Below are positions 47,311 through 51,625 of a stretch of DNA of 51,625 nt, one piece after another. The stretch is from the NCBI GenBank assembly GCA_023129535.1, contig JAGMBW010000040.1:1-51625 (forward strand). The letters run 5' to 3'. The number at the start of each line of letters is the position of its first letter. Within the stretch, counting starts at the first letter, position 1. The DNA comes from Desulfobacterales bacterium. GTDB taxonomy: Bacteria; Desulfobacterota; Desulfobacteria; Desulfobacterales; C00003060. The position numbers and the translations under genes were made by a program. The notes beneath the pieces were generated by a model, which had not been told where the DNA came from, ran no database searches, and worked only from the letters and a program-made list of their open reading frames with translations.

Positions 47311-48414
47311 GTGATTTTGGGAGAGACGACACGTAACCGGCTGGCAAGATTCAGGGCACGCCTCCACGACCAGGCCCTTGATACCTTCTTGGTATTACAG
47401 GACGAGAACCGTCGTTATTTGAGCGGCTTTACCGGCGAGGATGGTCAGTTTAACGAATCTGCCGGCGCCCTTTTTGTCACGTCCGAGCGGCACTTGCTTG
47501 CCACCGACTCTCGATACGAAACCCAGGCCCAGATTGAAGCGCCTGAATTTGAGATCTATCGCTACAAAGATGGCCTGGCTTCATCGTTGCCGGAAATCCT
47601 GACAATGCTCGGAGCCGAGCGTCTTGGTTTTGAAAGCGCCCGGCTATCGTATGTGCAGTTTGAGAAATTCCAGGAGCATCTGAAGAAGAAGGCCCTGGCG
47701 GTGTCTCTGGTTCCCACTGAGAACTTGATCGAAGAGCTCCGTATGACAAAGGAGCCCGGAGAGATAGAGGCGATCCAGGAATCGCTTGGTCTTTGCGAAT
47801 CAGTATTTGAAACAATTATTAACAGCCTCCGTGTTGGAGCCAGTGAGAAAGATCTGGCCTGGGCCATAGAAAAGGGTCTGCGGGAAAGTGGGGCAGAATC
47901 TGTCGCCTTCCCGCCCATTGTGGCCTCGGGGCCCAACGCTGCCCTGCCCCATGCCATCCCCACAGATCGAGCTGTGAGAGAGGGTGAGCCGATCCTGTTT
48001 GACTGGGGGGCACGCCTGAACGGCTACTGTTCGGATATTTCCCGCACCATTGTGCTTGGCCCCCCTGATGACACTTTCAAAGACGTCTATCAGGTGGTGC
48101 GCGACGCGCAATTGATGGCAACAGAAGCGATCAAGCCTGGAATAAGCACACAGGTTGTGGATAAGATTGCACGAGATCATATTGCTGCCAAGGGGTTTGG
48201 CGACCACTTTGGACACGGTCTTGGACACGGCGTGGGATTGGCGGTCCATGAAAAACCGAATCTGAGTCCACTCCGGCCGATGAATCTGGAAATAGGAATG
48301 GTTACCACTGTGGAACCAGGTATCTACCTGCCTGGATGGGGCGGCGTGCGCCTGGAAAATATGGTGGTTGTAAAAGAAGATGGAGCGGTCGTCTTGAACA
48401 GGTATCCGGTTTAA
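47311..48414 (+). CDS. Xaa-Pro aminopeptidase (M24B family)
   Basis: YLSGFTG, DWGA...SDISRT, HGLGHGVG..HE, TVEPG and GVRLE. Confidence 0.92.
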   Translation: MILGETTRNRLARFRARLHDQALDTFLVLQDENRRYLSGFTGEDGQFNESAGALFVTSERHLLATDSRYETQAQIEAPEFEIYRYKDGLASSLPEILTMLGAERLGFESARLSYVQFEKFQEHLKKKALAVSLVPTENLIEELRMTKEPGEIEAIQESLGLCESVFETIINSLRVGASEKDLAWAIEKGLRESGAESVAFPPIVASGPNAALPHAIPTDRAVREGEPILFDWGARLNGYCSDISRTIVLGPPDDTFKDVYQVVRDAQLMATEAIKPGISTQVVDKIARDHIAAKGFGDHFGHGLGHGVGLAVHEKPNLSPLRPMNLEIGMVTTVEPGIYLPGWGGVRLENMVVVKEDGAVVLNRYPV

Positions 48415-48421
48415 TGGACAT

Positions 48422-48757
48422 AACATTTATCATTTAACATTTATCATCGATCATTGTAAGTTCTCAAAAGGCTCGGTTTTTTTCGTCATTGCGAGCAGAG
48501 CGAAGCAATCCCTGGCCCAGACCGGGCTTCATAGGTTTGGCAGATTAATTCAAGCACATCGCGCCAGGGCGGGCTCCAGACCATAAGATTGCCACGTCGC
48601 TTCGCTCCTCGCAATGACAGCAAACGCCAGTGTCAAGGAATTACCCGAACTTTTTGAGAAGTTACCGATCATTCCCCATTGAGTATATACGACGGGAAAT
48701 TTACCAGTACCCAATGACAAATGACAAATGACAAATGATAAATGATAAATGATAAAT
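48422..48757. repeat. Inverted CATTTAW (48422-48455) / AAATGAY (48711-48757) element interrupted by a MITE
   Basis: Read directly; the xerD ATG is in the last unit. Confidence 0.9.
48456..48665. mobile_element. 210-bp MITE with 21-bp TIRs and an 8-bp target duplication CGATCATT
   Basis: gtaagttctcaaaaggctcgg / ccgaactttttgagaagttac (18/21); CGATCATT at 48448-48455 and 48666-48673. Confidence 0.9.
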
Positions 48758-49648
48758 TCCCTGGATCAGCTGGCAGACCAGTTCATCAACTACCTGGTGG
48801 TGGAAAAAGGGCTTTCAAGAAATACCGTTGTTGCTTACAGCAGAGACTTGATCTTGTATCTGGATTTGTTGAGGGCACATGGTATTTCCAATATCGTCCA
48901 TGCTGACACCACCCTTGTTCTGAAGCACCTGATTGACTTAAGAGATGCAGGGCTTGGGCCCAGGAGCAGAGCCAGGCATCTGGTGACGCTGAGGGGGTTC
49001 TATCGTTTCTTGCTTCAGGAAAAGGTGCTTGAGACCAATCCGGCTCGGGTGGTGGACATTCCAAAGTCCGGACGAAGACTACCTGCTGTTCTAAAGGTGG
49101 AAGAAGTGGTAAGGCTTCTCGAGGGACCTGATACTTCGAAACCTCTGGGGGTGCGAGATGCAGCCATGCTGGAACTTTTGTATGCAGCGGGTCTTCGGGT
49201 CTCAGAGCTTATCAAAGTGGGAATGGCAGACATCAATCTGGAGGCCTGTTTTGTCCTTGTTCTCGGCAAGGGGTCTAAGGAGCGAGTGGTGCCCATTGGC
49301 CAGATTGCTAAGGAAAAGGTCAATGTGTACCTTGCATCAGGACGTCCGGTTCTATTGAAGGCTCGGCCGAGCCGGTATCTCTTTGTAACGCGTTCGGCGA
49401 CCCCCATGACACGCCAGGGATTCTGGAAACTGCTGAAGAAATATGCCCTAATGGTGGGGATTTCCTGCAAAATTGCCCCACACACCCTTCGACATTCCTT
49501 TGCTACTCACCTTTTGGAACGGGGAGCAGATCTCCGCTCAGTACAAGTGATGTTGGGCCATGTGGATATTAGCACCACCCAAATTTATACCCATGTTGCC
49601 CAGGAGAAACTGAAAGCGGTTCACACCCAGTATCATCCCAGGGGATAG
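48749..49648 (+). CDS. xerD: Tyrosine recombinase XerD
   Basis: VEKGLSRNT, GLRVSEL, GKGSKERVVP, TRQGFW, HTLRHSFATHLL, LGH, TQIYTHV and HPRG. Confidence 0.93.
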   Translation: MINSLDQLADQFINYLVVEKGLSRNTVVAYSRDLILYLDLLRAHGISNIVHADTTLVLKHLIDLRDAGLGPRSRARHLVTLRGFYRFLLQEKVLETNPARVVDIPKSGRRLPAVLKVEEVVRLLEGPDTSKPLGVRDAAMLELLYAAGLRVSELIKVGMADINLEACFVLVLGKGSKERVVPIGQIAKEKVNVYLASGRPVLLKARPSRYLFVTRSATPMTRQGFWKLLKKYALMVGISCKIAPHTLRHSFATHLLERGADLRSVQVMLGHVDISTTQIYTHVAQEKLKAVHTQYHPRG

Positions 49649-49655
49649 GGGTTTG

Positions 49656-49877
49656 GATTGACGATTGACGATTGAAAATTGACAATTGAAAACCTTTTTC
49701 AGGTTTCAGGGGAATGTTCATAGCTCATAGCTCATAGCTCATAGATTTCAGCTATTAACTATTAGCTATCAGCTATCAGCTTAAGATTTGACACCCGAAT
49801 CAATTGAATATTGACGATTGAATATTGACGATTGTTTTTTTCAATCTTCATTTTTCAATCTTCAATCGACAATCAAT
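49656..49877. repeat. Nested arrays: ATTGANN, TTTCAGG, CTCATAG / AGCTATY pair, second ATTGANN, NNTCAAT
   Basis: Read directly between xerD and purA. Confidence 0.93.
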
Positions 49878-49879
49878 AA

Positions 49880-51193
<1,314 letters not shown>

Positions 51194-51223
51194 CTCAACC
51201 GGCTCAACGGATTCACATGCACC

Positions 51224-51252
51224 TTGACAGCCTAAAGCAACTGGCGTAAAAG
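51224..51252 (+). promoter_or_regulatory. Possible sigma70 promoter for the tRNA
   Basis: TTGACA-N17-TAAAAG; the -10 box is imperfect. Confidence 0.4.
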
Positions 51253-51271
51253 AGTTATGATAGTTTTGGTT

Positions 51272-51303
51272 AAATCCGAAATCCGAATTCTAAAATCCGA
51301 AAT
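51272..51303. repeat. Orphan right arm AAATCCG 7-mer upstream of the tRNA
   Basis: aaatccgaaatccgaattctaaaatccgaaat; reverse complement of the family at 11888-11909 and 43860-43891. Confidence 0.8.
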
Positions 51304-51314
51304 GTCGTTGGTGT

Positions 51315-51391
51315 CGGGACGTGGCTCAGTCTGGTAGAGCACAGCGTTCGGGACGCTGGGGTCGCTGGTTCAAATCCAGTCGTCCCGACCA
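51315..51391 (+). tRNA. tRNA-Pro(CGG)
   Basis: Acceptor stem cgggacg/cgtcccg, anticodon stem cagcg/cgctg with loop ttCGGga, GGTTCAAATCC T-arm and encoded CCA. Confidence 0.96.
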
Positions 51392-51430
51392 CCTTATATA
51401 AAATCGCACTAAGTACAGGGCAAAAAAATT

Positions 51431-51491
51431 AGACAGAATACACAGGATGAACAAGATTATTTTTATTTTAAATTCCTGTTCATCATTAATC
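51431..51491. repeat. Degenerate inverted 9-mer element ACAGGATNN / NTCCTGT
   Basis: agacagaatacacaggatgaacaagatt ... ttcctgttcatc. Confidence 0.55.
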
Positions 51492-51625
51492 TTTAATTTT
51501 AGCAACTTAGATATCGTTACGATTTGACATGACTGGTGCCGGCGAGTGTTACTTTACTGAAGACGCGATTGAATCACACCTGTCTCCCATACCGTCAAAA
51601 TCCTGCAGGTTATTAATTTTATTGA

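Noticed and set aside
48749-49648. XerD as the dedicated integrase of the repeat elements, or as an integron integrase
   Set aside because: It has canonical chromosomal XerD length and motifs, lacks the IntI-specific insertion and lies among housekeeping genes; proximity alone is not evidence.
51315-51625. tRNA-Pro as an island attachment site
   Set aside because: I found no duplicate of the tRNA 3' end and no integrase in the window; it cannot be assessed beyond the edge.

Overview
This window looks like Desulfobacterota/deltaproteobacterial chromosome (lineage inferred from gene content). Positions 1-30251 are a long + strand envelope/lipid A cluster: two activase-related genes, pilC, pilS, lysS, lolE, lolD, bamA, skp, lpxD, fabZ, lpxA, lpxI, a gnnA-like oxidoreductase, lpxB, DUF374, msbA, lptF, lptG, a waaA-lpxK fusion, waaF, a waaC-like gene, an epimerase and Trm112. 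It is followed by a small AT-rich island of short genes (30255-31869), a minus-strand LPS core modification cluster with gene scars (32309-40909), a GT-C-like membrane protein, lpxL, a GT4, a disrupted GlmU-like gene, an M24 peptidase, xerD, purA and tRNA-Pro(CGG). The most striking feature is non-coding. Nearly every gap between core genes holds an element made of a tandem array of a 7-10 bp unit facing an array of its reverse complement. There are at least 10 unit families, each with fixed polarity. The arrays are often nested, often contain the neighbouring stop or start codon, and two copies share a 46-bp core in opposite orientation. They are absent from the 30255-42676 block. Several true MITE-like elements with terminal inverted repeats and target duplications, and very small inserts that target other repeats, are layered on top. 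No transposase, reverse transcriptase or cas gene is visible. Product calls rest on recognised motifs and gene order, not on database searches.
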